Assembly: GCA_010405405.1 (NCBI GenBank) | Contig: MU004236.1 | Span: 2,052,070-2,116,069 of the forward strand | Direction: 5' to 3' | DNA: 64,000 nucleotides | Source of the DNA: Microthyrium microscopicum | Lineage: Eukaryota | In this document: one piece after another, positions 12,901 through 26,256 of the stretch | How the letters are laid out: every line of letters begins with the position of its first letter | Position numbering within the stretch: the stretch's first letter is position 1 | Notes under the pieces: model-generated | Seen by the model: only the letters and a program-made list of their open reading frames with translations | Told to the model about the DNA's origin: nothing | Database searches by the model: none | Translations under genes and position numbers: made by a program

Positions 12901-15735
12901 AGCTTTATAGCGTACTCTTAATTTACTTACCTTGCTTTTAAATAAGAACAGAATAATAATAATGATTACTAACCCCTTTATTAATTCGTTAGAGTTACTA
13001 GACCTAAAGCTATTATTATAGATTTACTCTTAGAAGTAGAAGATTATAACTAGAGGCTTTATTACTATAATATATCTTTTAGTACTAATATTCCTTAACT
13101 TAATAAGGATAAGGATAGTAATCCTATAAGTAAAACTATATAGCTATTAATAATTTTAAATATAGAGAGCTAATAATAAATAAGCTAGAACGTCTAAACT
13201 ATTACTTATGTAACTTTCTTCGTCCTAATAAGTATAGTCTATTCTATAAATATATAATTTCTTAAATTATAAGACTAGTAAGTAAGTTATTACTAGAAAC
13301 CTTATGTTAATAATAGAAGCTTATAAGATATTAATATATAGAAGGCTAGTTACTAGAAAGGGCTAGGAATGATCTGCTATTTAGACCTCTATTATAATAA
13401 GGTATAGAATACCTTAACTATATCTAGAATAAATATTACTTCTTAGAATTTACACGCTAGACTTAGTTACTATCTAAGTATAGTAAATATACTAAATAAT
13501 AAGTTATAAAGCAAAACCGTAATAATGTAGAGGCTATAACCCTATAATATTAGAACGATTATAACTATTAGCTAACTTATTATACTAAAGGATAAAATCT
13601 ATAATACTATGTATTATAATATAAAGAATATAAAGGTAGCGGTTTTAAGCTATAAACGTATCTATAAAATAACTTTCTCTAAAAGTATATAGGTCTTAAA
13701 TAATAGTATATCTAGAAAAGTTTAGAAAGTCTAAATAAGTCTAGAAATTTCTAAAAATATCTTATATAATCTTAAAGAATATTTATTTTATTATACTATT
13801 AACGCTAAATACTACTACTTACTTTATATTTTATATATAAATATAACTTAACTATAGCTACTAACCTAGATATAAGTCTATAAGTCTTCTTCTAGCAGCG
13901 TAAAGATATCTATAGGCTTAATATATAGGCCCTTAGAACTAGCAAATCTAGTTATAAGTAGCACGTAGTCCTAAGTAATAATGCGTTTCTAACTATTTAA
14001 GTATTACTATAGTATATTTTCCTTATATTCTTTTTTCTATGTTATAATAAATTTATAACTCTTAATCTTTATAATATACTTATTATTAATCTTTAGTATA
14101 TTCTCCCTATTCTAACTCTAATCTTATATTATCCTTCCTACTTAATAACCTCTTTATATTATAGTTAGACTTTTAGAAGATAATATAGCTAAATAATAAA
14201 ATAGCTTAAAAGAGTATCTAAATATAACTAAGAAGAAGCTAATGCGATAACTTAATATAAACTTAAATGAATATACTTAATTAGCTATAGCTATAAAGAA
14301 GTAACTTTAAGACTTATACTATAGTCTTAATAACTATAATACGTATGAGGGAAAGTAAGAAATAATTACTAATATTATATAATACTTAAATATATAACTA
14401 CTAGCTAAATAAGGCTATTCGTATATTAGAAAATTACGTTAGCTAAGTATAAGGTATAATAAAGCTATATATAAGAATAAATAATAAAGATTGCTTTTTA
14501 CGTTAGTCTACTGTTACTAATGAAATATATGCTAATAAAAATAAATGAAAGCTTAAACTTAGAATATATGTAAGTAAACCCCTATTCTAACTTTAATTAT
14601 TTATTAATAATAGATAGGGTCTATTACTAATAAAACTCTACTAGTATCTTTCTAGAGCTTAAGGCTAAGAGAATTAAAATAATCCTAAGATTATAGTAAT
14701 ACGTAACTTAAGGTATAACTATATATACTTCTAGACTTTAACTCTTCTTTAGTAATTATAAATATATAAATATATATTTATAAGGTAGTAAGTAATTATA
14801 TTTATATTTTAAACTATAGAAAGTTTATAAATAGTAGCTATAATAGTTCTAGGAAAAATGCTAATACTCTAAATTATGATACTATAGTTAAGTTCCTTAG
14901 AGAGTTCTTTAAGTATAAGTAATATAAAAAGCTCTTACTTTTCTATAAATTTAATTAAATAAAGAGAACTCTTATTAATAGTAAGGTTTTATTTTATGGA
15001 GTAATTAATAGTACTATATTAATTAGGTGATAAACTACTAAATTTAAAGTAATAAAATAAATTAAGAGATAAAATATAATCTATTATTACGTAATTCTTA
15101 GACTATTATAGGTTCCTTCTTCTTCTTTAACCTAGGAAATATACTAATAATTAGAATAAAGCGTAATGTTAATTATTGTAAGTAAAATACTAAGGTATGC
15201 TAAAACGCCTAATTCTTAGGTTAAAACCTAGCTTTATAACCTTATAGTTAATAAAGTAAACGTTCTTTAAGTAAGATAAATTAGTATTAGATCTTAATAG
15301 CTTAGTAGGATAGGTTAGCCTTAGATATTAAATCTCTATACGTATTAGTCTAAACCCTAGCTTTAGTTTAGGTACTTTCTTACCCTCTAAGGCGCGTTAC
15401 TTATTTTGCTACTTTTATATAATAAACTAGTTACTTTCTTAATATGTCTATATATATCTATTAGGTTAATAGCGTTTAGAGTCTACTAGCTGTTTAGTAT
15501 AGATAATAGATAGTACTATAGGTTAATTAGGTATAGGTTTATTAAATACCTAAGGGTTAAGCTATATTTTAGTTTCTAATATAATAGTATCTATTCTAGC
15601 TTTAAAAAATACCTTAAGCTTAGTATTAAAAAGTAGCTCTATATTAGGCTTAATAGGAGTTTCTAATAAAACTTAAAAACTAGCCTCTATCTTAAGTTAA
15701 AGAAATAATTATAACTTAGTTTTAATAAAATACTC

Positions 15736-16094
15736 TAGAGCTTATTTAATAGAGTCCTTAAGCTTTATAATAAAAGTAGCCTATAACTCTAGGCTTAGAG
15801 CTTATTTAATAAGAGCCTTAAGCTTTATGATAAAAAGAGCTTATAACTCTAGGTCTAAAGCTTATTTAATAGGGGCCTTAAGCTTTATAAAAAAAGAAGC
15901 TTATAATTCTAGGTCTAGAGCTTATTTAATAGAGGCCTTAAGCTTTATGATAAATAAAGCTTATAACTTTAGTTTTAAAGGTTATTTAATAAGAGTTATG
16001 AAATAAGGTGCCTACTATAACTCTTAGTCTAGTAATTATTTAATAGGAGCCTTAAGCTTTATAATAGAAAAAGCTTATAATTCTAACTCTAGAG
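15736..16094. repeat. 60-bp tandem repeat, ~4.5 contiguous copies plus one offset copy (20-codon unit)
   Basis: CTTATTTAATAG.G.CCTTAAGCTTTAT.A.AAA..AGC.TATAACTCTAGG.CTAGAG recurs at 15741, 15801, 15861, 15921, partially at 15981, and again near 16036. Confidence 0.9.
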
Positions 16095-19000
16095 TAGTAT
16101 TTAGTAAGTTAGAGTTAATAACTATTAATAATTCTAATACTAAGAAAGTATCTTAATTAGACTTTTAGTATATATTAGCTAAGTCTAGTAGTCTTGTTTA
16201 ATAAAACTAGAAAGTATTACTTATTCTTTATATATTAATAGGATTTAATTAAGAAATAGTATTTTATAGTATTATAAATATTAGGTTCTATTTAATAGTA
16301 CTAACTAGCTAATAGGCTTATGCGTATAAAGGATTATCTATATATTATAGAATTATTAGAATACTATTTTTTAGTATCCTTTTATATACCTTATAGTAAG
16401 TTTTTATAAAATTAATATAACTTATTAGAGTATAGCTAGTCTATATATAGTTAACGCATTTATTACTATATTTATAGAAGAGTAGATAGTTATATAATAT
16501 ATAGATTAAGTAATTATCTATAGAAGGTTAGAATAGTGCCTATAATTAGTACTATAATAGTTAACTAATATTTTACTAGGTTTAATATATGGAATTAAAA
16601 TTAAACTATTATATAATAATAGAAGGGTTTAAACTTATTAGATAAGCGTAGATTATAAGTATAGTAATGCTTAGTATCTAACTATTGTTTATTAATATAT
16701 ATAAAGATAGTAACTAATATAGTACTTTAGGACTTATAGACTTTATAAGTTTAGACTCTATGTTAGCTTAATTAGTAATAAAGGTAGCTTCTATAGCTTA
16801 CTTACGATTAAGAGAGATAAACTAATTGCTATAGAATAACGTGATAGTAATTATTAATAGACTAGTTACCTAAATAAAGTAATTAAGAGGTTTAATACTA
16901 GCTTCTTTATTAAAAGTATTTCTTTATATAAACTAGATAAGCTTGCTCTAGCTAATAAAGATTAGTAGCTAAATATATTTACGTATTTTTAGGATAATTT
17001 AGTAAATAATTAACTTGTCTTATATAGGAGGAGTAATAGTAGTAGCTAGTATTTTGCTTATTATAGTAATATAGTAGTAATAAAAGAGGATATAAACTTT
17101 TAGTAGCTTAATAGAGTAGTAATTAAGATATTCTTATAGGAAATAGCGTAAGTTTAATACTAACTTTTATTTAACTATTTAGATTTAGCTTATCTTACTA
17201 TTACTAATTATAAACTATAAATCTCTTACCTACCTTATATAATACTTAAGCTTGTTTATACGTTTAATAATATATTAGCGTAATGGCTAAACGCAATTTT
17301 ATAATATAGATTAATATAGCTAAACGCGACTTTATAATATAAATTAATACTTAACCTTTGCTTTAATATAAGGAGATATAGAAATAGCTTAGTATAAGCT
17401 TATAATCTTAGGCCTTTTTTATATAGTCTAAGAATTAGTATATATAATAATTAGCGCATTAGATGATAATTAAATATAATAATAGGCTAAATCTAATTTT
17501 ATAATATAGGATTACTACTTAGCTTTTGCTTTAATATAGCGTAGTATAGAAATTACTTAGTATGACTTAATAATCTCTAGCCCCTTTTACGTAGCCTTAG
17601 AATTAATAAATCTAATGATAATAGAAAGTAATAGCTAAATAGGATCTTATGATCTACCTTAGTTTAACCTCTTATATTAATATAGTGTAATGTAGAAATA
17701 GCTTAACGCGACTTATCTCTTCTTACTTTTTTTATATAGTCCTTAGAATAGCCTATTTAATGAGAACTAATAATAATAGCTAAACGAGTTTTAAGAATAT
17801 AACCTTTATATATACTTAGCGTATACTACGTTAGTTAAGAGTTGAAAAGTAATAGGAAATACTACTAGGATTAGTCCTAGTACTAATATCTTTTATATGT
17901 TATATAATATAACTTTTAAAATATTATCTTCTTTTCTTATTATTCTATGCAATCTACTTCTTATTCTCTACTATACTTATTTAAAGTTCTACTAATTATA
18001 TATTTCTATTAGAATATCTATATACCTAGTAATCTTTATTATAATATTATACTTATTAGATTCTTATTATTACTTTATTTTAATATTTGAATCTTAATAA
18101 TACGTTTTATATATAATATAACTTCTTAGGTAAGCCTATACTAAGTTAATAAAACTATAATAAATTTAGTAAGATAAAGTAATATTATAAAAAGTAAGAC
18201 GAGAAGTAGGCTTATAAGAGCTCGTAAAAATTAAGGTATAAAGAGAGGTAAGGCTAAGTAAACTACTACGTATATTTTCCTAGCCTATAATTTACTTTTA
18301 TTAGATTCTAATTTATATATTCTTCTTTACTAAGAATAGTAGACCTTTATTATAAGACTCTATAGCTTAAGACTTTTTAAGCTATAATAAATAAAATAGA
18401 ATAGACTTTATAAAGTAGACGTCTAATATTAATATAATATACTCTAAATATACTTACTAAACTAAATATTAGCTAATGTAATAATTGCCTGCTAGCTAGA
18501 CGAATGGATAGAGTTTTTAAACCTAACTAAGTAGATATAAGTTAAAGGTACTACTATTAAGCGAAATGGTGCTTATGAATCTAGAGGCACTAATAAACTC
18601 TAAGCCCTAAACTCTAAGTTAGGCTTACTTGACTATCTAAAAACTAGCTTAATAATTTCTAAAAGAATGATTCTTATTAAATGTTAACTAAGTCGTAATT
18701 CCTATATAGTATTAAATGCTACTTCTAATGAAGCTCTAGAAGCTACTTAGGATATGGGATCTATAAGTACCTTAGATGAGTCTTTTAGTAGCAGCTAAGT
18801 ATTTCTACTATTTATTTATTTAGATTTATTTAGAAAGCTAATAAATACTAATAGATATATAAGTCTTAGACTATTCTAAAAACCTCTTCTCTTTACCTTA
18901 CTAGTTATAGTAATGTAATTACTTAGAAAAGCTTAATAAGTAATATAATATTATATAATATATTAATATCTATCTCTTTTATTCTGTTTTATCTCTACCT

Positions 19001-21182
19001 TATTATATATATAAGCTAATATAATAGTATTAAAGTAGATTCTTCTAACTATGGCTCTTCTTAAGCTATAAGTAATAAAGACGCTACGTTGGGTTATTTC
19101 TATTTATAGAAACTAAGATAAGCGTAAATATATAACTTACTACCTTTTAATATAGACTAAATGTCTGTTCTTAGCTTAGGTAATTATCTTCTTAGTAATT
19201 GCCTTATATATAGTATAAATGTAAATAGGCTCTCTTTATAATTTATGTAATCTAGTCTACTAGTTTCTATACCTTAGTAGCTATATATAGCCTTTAAATA
19301 ACTATTTCTCTCTAAGCTTATTATTATAATACTAATAACCTTATTAATAGATCTAGTCTATTATAAGGTTTACGTTTACCTATAAGAAAAAGTAAATAAG
19401 AATCTGTACTAAGCTAAGGTCTATATAACGATAGAGTTATTAGGTTAATTATGAATAAACTAACCTTAGCTACTCTTAATAGTAAGTATAACTTAGATCT
19501 CTAACTAAATTATTAAAATGATACTAGTAAGTAAAGTATAATAGGTAATAAGCTTTAGAACTATTACTATAAGATATATCTAGAAAAGGCGCTACCTAAG
19601 TTCCTAACTATAATAATTAATATCCTAAAGATACTAACTATATCTAAGTATAACTAATTCTATAGGAATATAAGTTTATTCTTATGTCTTCTTAAATATA
19701 GTATATGTAAGATTTAGCTAACTTTAAAAACTACCTAAATATAGCACTACGTTAGTTAGTATAGAATTACTATATCTAAATAGTTAAAGGTATTATTATT
19801 AAATATCTAGACTAAATAAAATATATATTAATTAGTACTATTTAACTCTATGTTCCTAAGATTACTTAAGACTAAGAAACTAGATATATAAAAGTTTACT
19901 AAGTAGCTAAGAAAAGATAGTAACTTTACTAAATTATATAAGCATAGTAAAAATAGAGAGAGTAAACCTTACGTAAGTTTATATTTTTAAATAAGACTAA
20001 ATTATAACTATATATTAATAATACCTTTAGGAATATATATTATTTATTAATAAGATAATCTTCTTTCTTATTAACGACTTACTATTTTATTTGCGTGCTA
20101 GTTATAAGCATAAAACCTTTATACTTAGCTAGGGTAGGAAATATTTTAGAGACTACTAAGCTATAAAGACTATAGAATTACTATTTTTAGGTAAACTTAT
20201 TATATATATCTATATACTCGTTAAGCTATATATAGAGACTATTATCTAGAGAGTTAATAATTTTTAGCATAACTTACCTACGTGTTAAAGTAATTTAGGT
20301 TATTAAATAAATAATATAATACTAACTAGTAACTATAATAAGTTATTAAAAATAGCTTAAATAATAGAACTTATAACTACCTTGTTTAAAACAAAAAATG
20401 AGCTTACTTATTTAAAAAATCGTTAGAGATCTTATATTATATAAAACTAGGGTATAATATAAAGAGTAATAGGAGCTAATACTAGACGTGTATACTTCTA
20501 ACTATAATAATATTAATAAGCTTTATAAAGTACGTTCTTTAAAAAACTAGTAATAATCTTACTAATATTGCTATTTAGGCGAAACCTTAGCCTATATAGG
20601 AAGATAATTATAATCTACCTACTTAAGAAGATAATAAGAACTAGGACTCCTTTAAGCTACTATAATATTTAGGACGTAAGTAAAGTAGTTCTAAAGCTAG
20701 GTTTAATAAGCAATATAGATATAAAGGACATACTCTACGGCCTAAGAAAGTAATGTTATATAGTAAGTTCTTAGCTAACGATAGGTATAAAGTAGATAAT
20801 AAGTAGAATAATCCTAATTATATAGACCTAATAGGTAAGTCTTATATATTTAAGTAAATATATAGGCTCTAATTACTAATAAATTATATAAATAAAACCT
20901 AGTAATAAAGACTAGCTAAAGAGAATATATATTTAGTTTACTAAACTAGAATAGATAGAAACTAAGCTATTAAACCTTAAAAGCTTTCTAACCCCTTAAG
21001 ATATTATAAATACTACTAATAACGAGAAAGATCTAAATTATACCCTATTATTCTATCTTATAAGTAAGGACTTAAGCTAAGAGAAGGAGGCATAGATTAT
21101 AGATAATAGTAAGAAGGGTATAATATTATAGAACTTAATCTTAATATACCTATAATAAAGTAGTCTATAAAGTTAAGATCTA

Positions 21183-21900
21183 NNNNNNNNNNNNNNNNNN
21201 NNNNNNNNNNNNNNNNNNNNNNNNNNNNNNNNNNNNNNNNNNNNNNNNNNNNNNNNNNNNNNNNNNNNNNNNNNNNNNNNNNNNNNNNNNNNNNNNNNNN
21301 NNNNNNNNNNNNNNNNNNNNNNNNNNNNNNNNNNNNNNNNNNNNNNNNNNNNNNNNNNNNNNNNNNNNNNNNNNNNNNNNNNNNNNNNNNNNNNNNNNNN
21401 NNNNNNNNNNNNNNNNNNNNNNNNNNNNNNNNNNNNNNNNNNNNNNNNNNNNNNNNNNNNNNNNNNNNNNNNNNNNNNNNNNNNNNNNNNNNNNNNNNNN
21501 NNNNNNNNNNNNNNNNNNNNNNNNNNNNNNNNNNNNNNNNNNNNNNNNNNNNNNNNNNNNNNNNNNNNNNNNNNNNNNNNNNNNNNNNNNNNNNNNNNNN
21601 NNNNNNNNNNNNNNNNNNNNNNNNNNNNNNNNNNNNNNNNNNNNNNNNNNNNNNNNNNNNNNNNNNNNNNNNNNNNNNNNNNNNNNNNNNNNNNNNNNNN
21701 NNNNNNNNNNNNNNNNNNNNNNNNNNNNNNNNNNNNNNNNNNNNNNNNNNNNNNNNNNNNNNNNNNNNNNNNNNNNNNNNNNNNNNNNNNNNNNNNNNNN
21801 NNNNNNNNNNNNNNNNNNNNNNNNNNNNNNNNNNNNNNNNNNNNNNNNNNNNNNNNNNNNNNNNNNNNNNNNNNNNNNNNNNNNNNNNNNNNNNNNNNNN
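21183..21900. other. Assembly gap (718 N)
   Basis: Run of N characters. Confidence 1.
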
Positions 21901-22647
21901 TATATTAATATTATAGTAATTTAAAATATTATAAATATTTAAGATCTATTAAGTATTATAAATATTATAAATCTTATAGAAGTTTATATTACTTAATCTA
22001 TTATAATATTCTATATATATAGTATATAAAATATATCTTTAGAATTATACTAGTTTAAAGAATTTAATATATATTCTTTATTAAAGCAATTTCTATTATT
22101 TATTTAATTTAGCTAGTTAAAAGTATTATAGTATTATAAATATTTAATATATTTAAGTTATAATAGCTATTTAAATAATTATACTATTTATATTATCTTA
22201 AATATATAAGTTATAAATAATATAATAGTAATTATAGTATACTAGATATTTATACTATTTATCTTATATAAATTATTAAATATATTTAGATTATATTAAA
22301 TATAAGTCTATTTTACTTATTATATCTATAAATATAATAATTATTATCTTAGTTATTAAATAATTTCAAGTATTTATCCTATAAAACTAATAATATTTAT
22401 TATAAATATATACTAGTTCTAGCTATTAATATTACTTAAGTAATAGAGTATATTAGACTTATTTAAGAATTCTAATTATTTATCTTATTTAAAGAATATC
22501 CTTTATTAGCTTTATAGAAGTACTTTAATAGTTTATCTTATTTTATTAATTTAAATGCTATAAGTAGTTTTAGTTCTTATTTCTATTTAATATATCTCAA
22601 ATTAGTAAATTTATTTTAATTATTCTATATATTTTAAACGAATTAGA

Positions 22648-22880
22648 TGTTAAGTCAAGTACTCAGATATAGGACTACGTATTATAGTAATAAGTAGTTA
22701 TAGTATTATCGGATAACTTAAATTAATAATAATTTTTTCACGATGGAGAGAGAGAGAGAGAAGAAGATTTAGAAGAGCTATAGATCTACGAGGAAACATA
22801 AGTCTGCTTAGTAGATCCTTAGGCGCGCTAACCCCCTTAGGTCTAGCGCGTAATCTTGTAATAAGATCTCTCTTACAACA
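22648..22880 (-). mobile_element. Possible LTR of a retrotransposon nested in the AT-rich block
   Basis: A 233-bp segment less degraded than its left flank, bounded by TGTTA (TGTTG before RIP)...CAACA, with an internal (GA)n tract. No TSD or second LTR is visible; the gap lies 750 bp to the left. Confidence 0.35.
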
Positions 22881-25014
22881 CTACTATAAAGCCTATAAAG
22901 AGGAATTATTATAGAATCTCCTATTTAGGATTACTAACGCGTTAAGAGTTCTTATAGAAATTAAACTAGTATTAGTAAGTAATTTAACACTAGATTAAAG
23001 TAAGAATACTATTAAGCTTCTTATTACCTAAGCTTATATTAATACTAAAGCTATATTAGATATCTTTAGTTCCTCTCTTTATCTATTACTTTAAAAATAT
23101 CTATATTAAGACAATTAAACTATATATTATTCCTTGCTCTTTTAGGCGTAGATTGAGCTATTCCTAAGCCTTTTTAAAAGCTTTAATTAAACTCTAGTAA
23201 AGATAGTTAAATTTATTCTTAATAGTAGCTATTTCTTACTTTTAGATCTTAGTATCGATAGTAATTTTAGGAGGGAATTTAGGCGTTAATAAAGCTAAAA
23301 GCGTAGAGTTAATCTAGGAAACTAGAGTGCTAGAATTAGGTAAAAATATCTTAGAATACTAAGTGCTATTTATTATAGCGTTTTAAATAGTAGTTCTAGG
23401 TAAATATATCTCTTAGACGTAGTTTAGACTATATTAACGCTTATAGATAATATCTTAAATAGCATTAGGTATATTTTAAGTCTCTTTAATTAGAAGAGGC
23501 TAAGTAATATTAATATCTTAAAGATATAATTTATTAGTAGCGTATTCTAAAATATCTTAAGTCTTAGCATTTTATTATAAAGAATACTTATCTAGTTAAA
23601 TCTAAGAAGCTAATAGTATTAGTAAATAATTAAAAATAATAGTATTTATATTAATACTACTTAGAAAGATAATAGGTAATAGTATAGATGCTATATAAGA
23701 TATAGAAATAAGATGTCTAAAATAAAACACTACTAGAGCCTTTAGGGCAAGTATAGGCGTTTTTAGTAAAGGACTTCTACCTATATATATATAGATCTTA
23801 AATAACTATCTAAGAGCCTTTTTAGGTGCTAGGGAGTAGTATTTATCTATAGCGCACGTTAAGATATAGTAGTTTAGAGATTAGATAGAACTAAGGACCT
23901 AACAAGTATAAACTATAGTATTAAGAAGTGTTTTAGTACTAAAAGAGTAGCAAGAAGTTATATAGAAGATATTAAGGAATTATTAAAGGTAAGATAACGT
24001 TAAATAGGTATATTTTAATAATTTTAGACTAAATTAATAGAATATCTTATAGTTGTTACTACTACTACTTTATTAACTCTAAAACGGCTTTCTAGTAATT
24101 CTACAAGCTCGTTATTCTATCTAATCTTAAGATCTAATTTCTAATAATTAGCCCTTAATGCTAATAATTCTATACTGTTTAACATCTTTAACTCTAGATC
24201 TTTGACTCTACTAGTAGGAATACTGCCCTTCTACCTACTTTATCTTTAATATCTTTAGGAACCTAACTTAAGATTACGGCCTAATTAGCTCCGTCAAGAT
24301 ATAATTACTATTAAAGAGCTTTAAACGCTATTAACTAGTAGGAATACTATCTATTTAAGATATCTTAAAGTTAATAAACGAGTAGTAATTAAATACTACT
24401 ATTTTGCTATCTATATTGCTAGTATAGCTTTAAAAGCGACCTAAGAAGTAGTATTTACGAAGGATAGTTTTAAGGGGTTGCTATAGGGCCGTAACTAGGC
24501 GGCGCCCTACAAATTTGCACTATAGCGCCCATCCCGTCCTGAAGATCTACCTAATTACGGCCTGAAGCGCCATTTCATAATTTCAGGGGGGGGGATAACT
24601 GAGCTGCGGTGGCACTGTACAAAAGACTCAAAACTTGTTCAAAAAACTTGGAAATATTGCATTAATTGCAAGACCCTAGCACGAACTGTCAGCACTGTCT
24701 CGCAAAGGGCCGAACCGACAGGTTTCACAAGTCTGCCTCGTGGTTTACTACTACTTGAACGTGGTAAGAACAGAGAATAAAACTATGCCAGATTTGTATA
24801 ATTGGAGCGCTGCAACTGTGCCAATGCCTTTGCTGGCCTAGGAAGGCTCATATGTTGTAATGTATGATCGAACCCCCTTTTGACAGTTGAATCTAAACTC
24901 GTTCAGCAAACTATGAAAAGCATATATTCTAGCTGATTTGCACCGATCTAGGTAAGCCATATCTCAGTGTCAGCAAAACTTATAACCATACATACAGGAA
25001 TCTAAACGCCTTGT

Positions 25015-26256
25015 TCATCTACACAAAAGCTCCTCAACCATTTCCGCAATAGCCAACGAACTAGTCAAACCCGGCGACTCGATCCCCAACAAATTAACAA
25101 AACCCTCGAAACCCTCTTCCTTCCTTATTATAAAGTCCTTGAAATTCTGGCCAGCTATAATTGCACTCGTCCTTGTCAACTTTGGCCGAATGCCCGTATA
25201 ATCCAAAGTAATAGCACTCTTGTCAATGGTAGGCAAGTACCTTGATATATCGGCCAACGCAGCTTCCAAATGCTCATCGCTCGCCGCATAATCCGTCGGC
25301 GAGTCCACCCATTGTATATCAGGTCCAAACCGTATCCTCCCTCCCAGATCCAATGTCAAATGTGTGCCCAAACCACCATGACCAGGCACAGGAGCCGGAT
25401 AGATAAGTGTGCTCGTCTTCGGCCTAGATAACGTATACGAGTAATACGTGCCTTTGGCATAGTAAGGCGTAATATGTCTATCCTCCGGCAAAATCGAATT
25501 CGACAACGGCACCGCATACAGACCAGCAGAATTGACAATCGTGTCCGCAGTAATACATGACTCTTCTCCACCGTCCGCTCCAGTTGCTGAGCTCTTTGTC
25601 CATATCTCCCAGCCGCCTGAGCCATTCTGCTTCGGGACAACTCTCGTTATCGCACTATTCAGCGCAGTAACGCCTCCCCGTTCTTCAAAATCACCAAGTA
25701 AATACTGCATCAGTGCATGACTGTCCACAATGCCCGTCGTCGGACTCTCCAAAATGCCTGCTGTAGCTTGAACATCCGGCTCCCTCCTCTTTCCCTCCTC
25801 CTTGCTCAGAAAGTGCGTCGGCACACCCACCTGTTTCGAGAAATCCAGGATTTTCTCCAACTCTTTGAACTCCGTATCATTTTGCGCAACGACCCATTTC
25901 CCCGTGTTCCGGTGCGGTATGCCCTGCTCTTTACATAGTTTGTATAGTTCCTGGCGCCCGCGGATACATAGTTTTGTCTTGAGAGAGTCGGCGCCGTAGT
26001 AGAGTGCTGCGTGGATAACCTCGGAGTTGCGGCTGCTTGTTTCTGTGCCTACGGCGTCATGCTTCTCGATGAGGACTGTTGAGGCGCCAGTGCGGCCTTG
26101 GAGTTGGCGGGCGGCGGCGATGCCGACTACGCCGGCGCCGATTACGGCGTGGGCGAAATCTGATTTTTGAGATAGAGTTGTTGAGAAGAGGCGCTGGATG
26201 GGTTTTGTTGTGGGTTGGTGTTGAAGACGCCAGGCGTTGCGGGTGATGGACCCCAT
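25015..26256 (-). CDS. L2HGDH: L-2-hydroxyglutarate dehydrogenase, mitochondrial (FAD-dependent oxidoreductase, DAO family)
   Basis: Intronless 413-aa ORF with an Arg/Ser/Thr-rich presequence-like N-terminus, a GAGVVG Rossmann motif, ETSSRNSEVIHA, GLGTHLTLDLGGRIRFGPD and C-terminal GIESPGLTSSLAIAE. Confidence 0.93.
   Translation of the reverse strand: MGSITRNAWRLQHQPTTKPIQRLFSTTLSQKSDFAHAVIGAGVVGIAAARQLQGRTGASTVLIEKHDAVGTETSSRNSEVIHAALYYGADSLKTKLCIRGRQELYKLCKEQGIPHRNTGKWVVAQNDTEFKELEKILDFSKQVGVPTHFLSKEEGKRREPDVQATAGILESPTTGIVDSHALMQYLLGDFEERGGVTALNSAITRVVPKQNGSGGWEIWTKSSATGADGGEESCITADTIVNSAGLYAVPLSNSILPEDRHITPYYAKGTYYSYTLSRPKTSTLIYPAPVPGHGGLGTHLTLDLGGRIRFGPDIQWVDSPTDYAASDEHLEAALADISRYLPTIDKSAITLDYTGIRPKLTRTSAIIAGQNFKDFIIRKEEGFEGFVNLLGIESPGLTSSLAIAEMVEELLCR

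Larger units (their letters stand above)
1..24617. mobile_element. RIP-degraded AT-rich repeat block (nested or large multi-gene transposable element relics), includes an assembly gap at 21183-21900
   Basis: Very low GC, TpA excess with CpA/TpG depletion, no ORF >=60 aa in the ORF track, abrupt return to balanced GC at ~24.5-24.6 kb. Ghost reading frames are recognisable after reversing C>T/G>A changes. Confidence 0.9.

Noticed and set aside
18460..21182. Spliced ghost gene before the gap
   Set aside because: Intron-like signals suggest a former gene, but I could not recover any diagnostic protein motif, so no call is made.
1..24617. Starship (tyrosine-recombinase captain) identity for the left block
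   Set aside because: I could not recover DUF3435/tyrosine recombinase motifs in any ghost frame. The left end lies outside the window, so it is unsupported rather than excluded.
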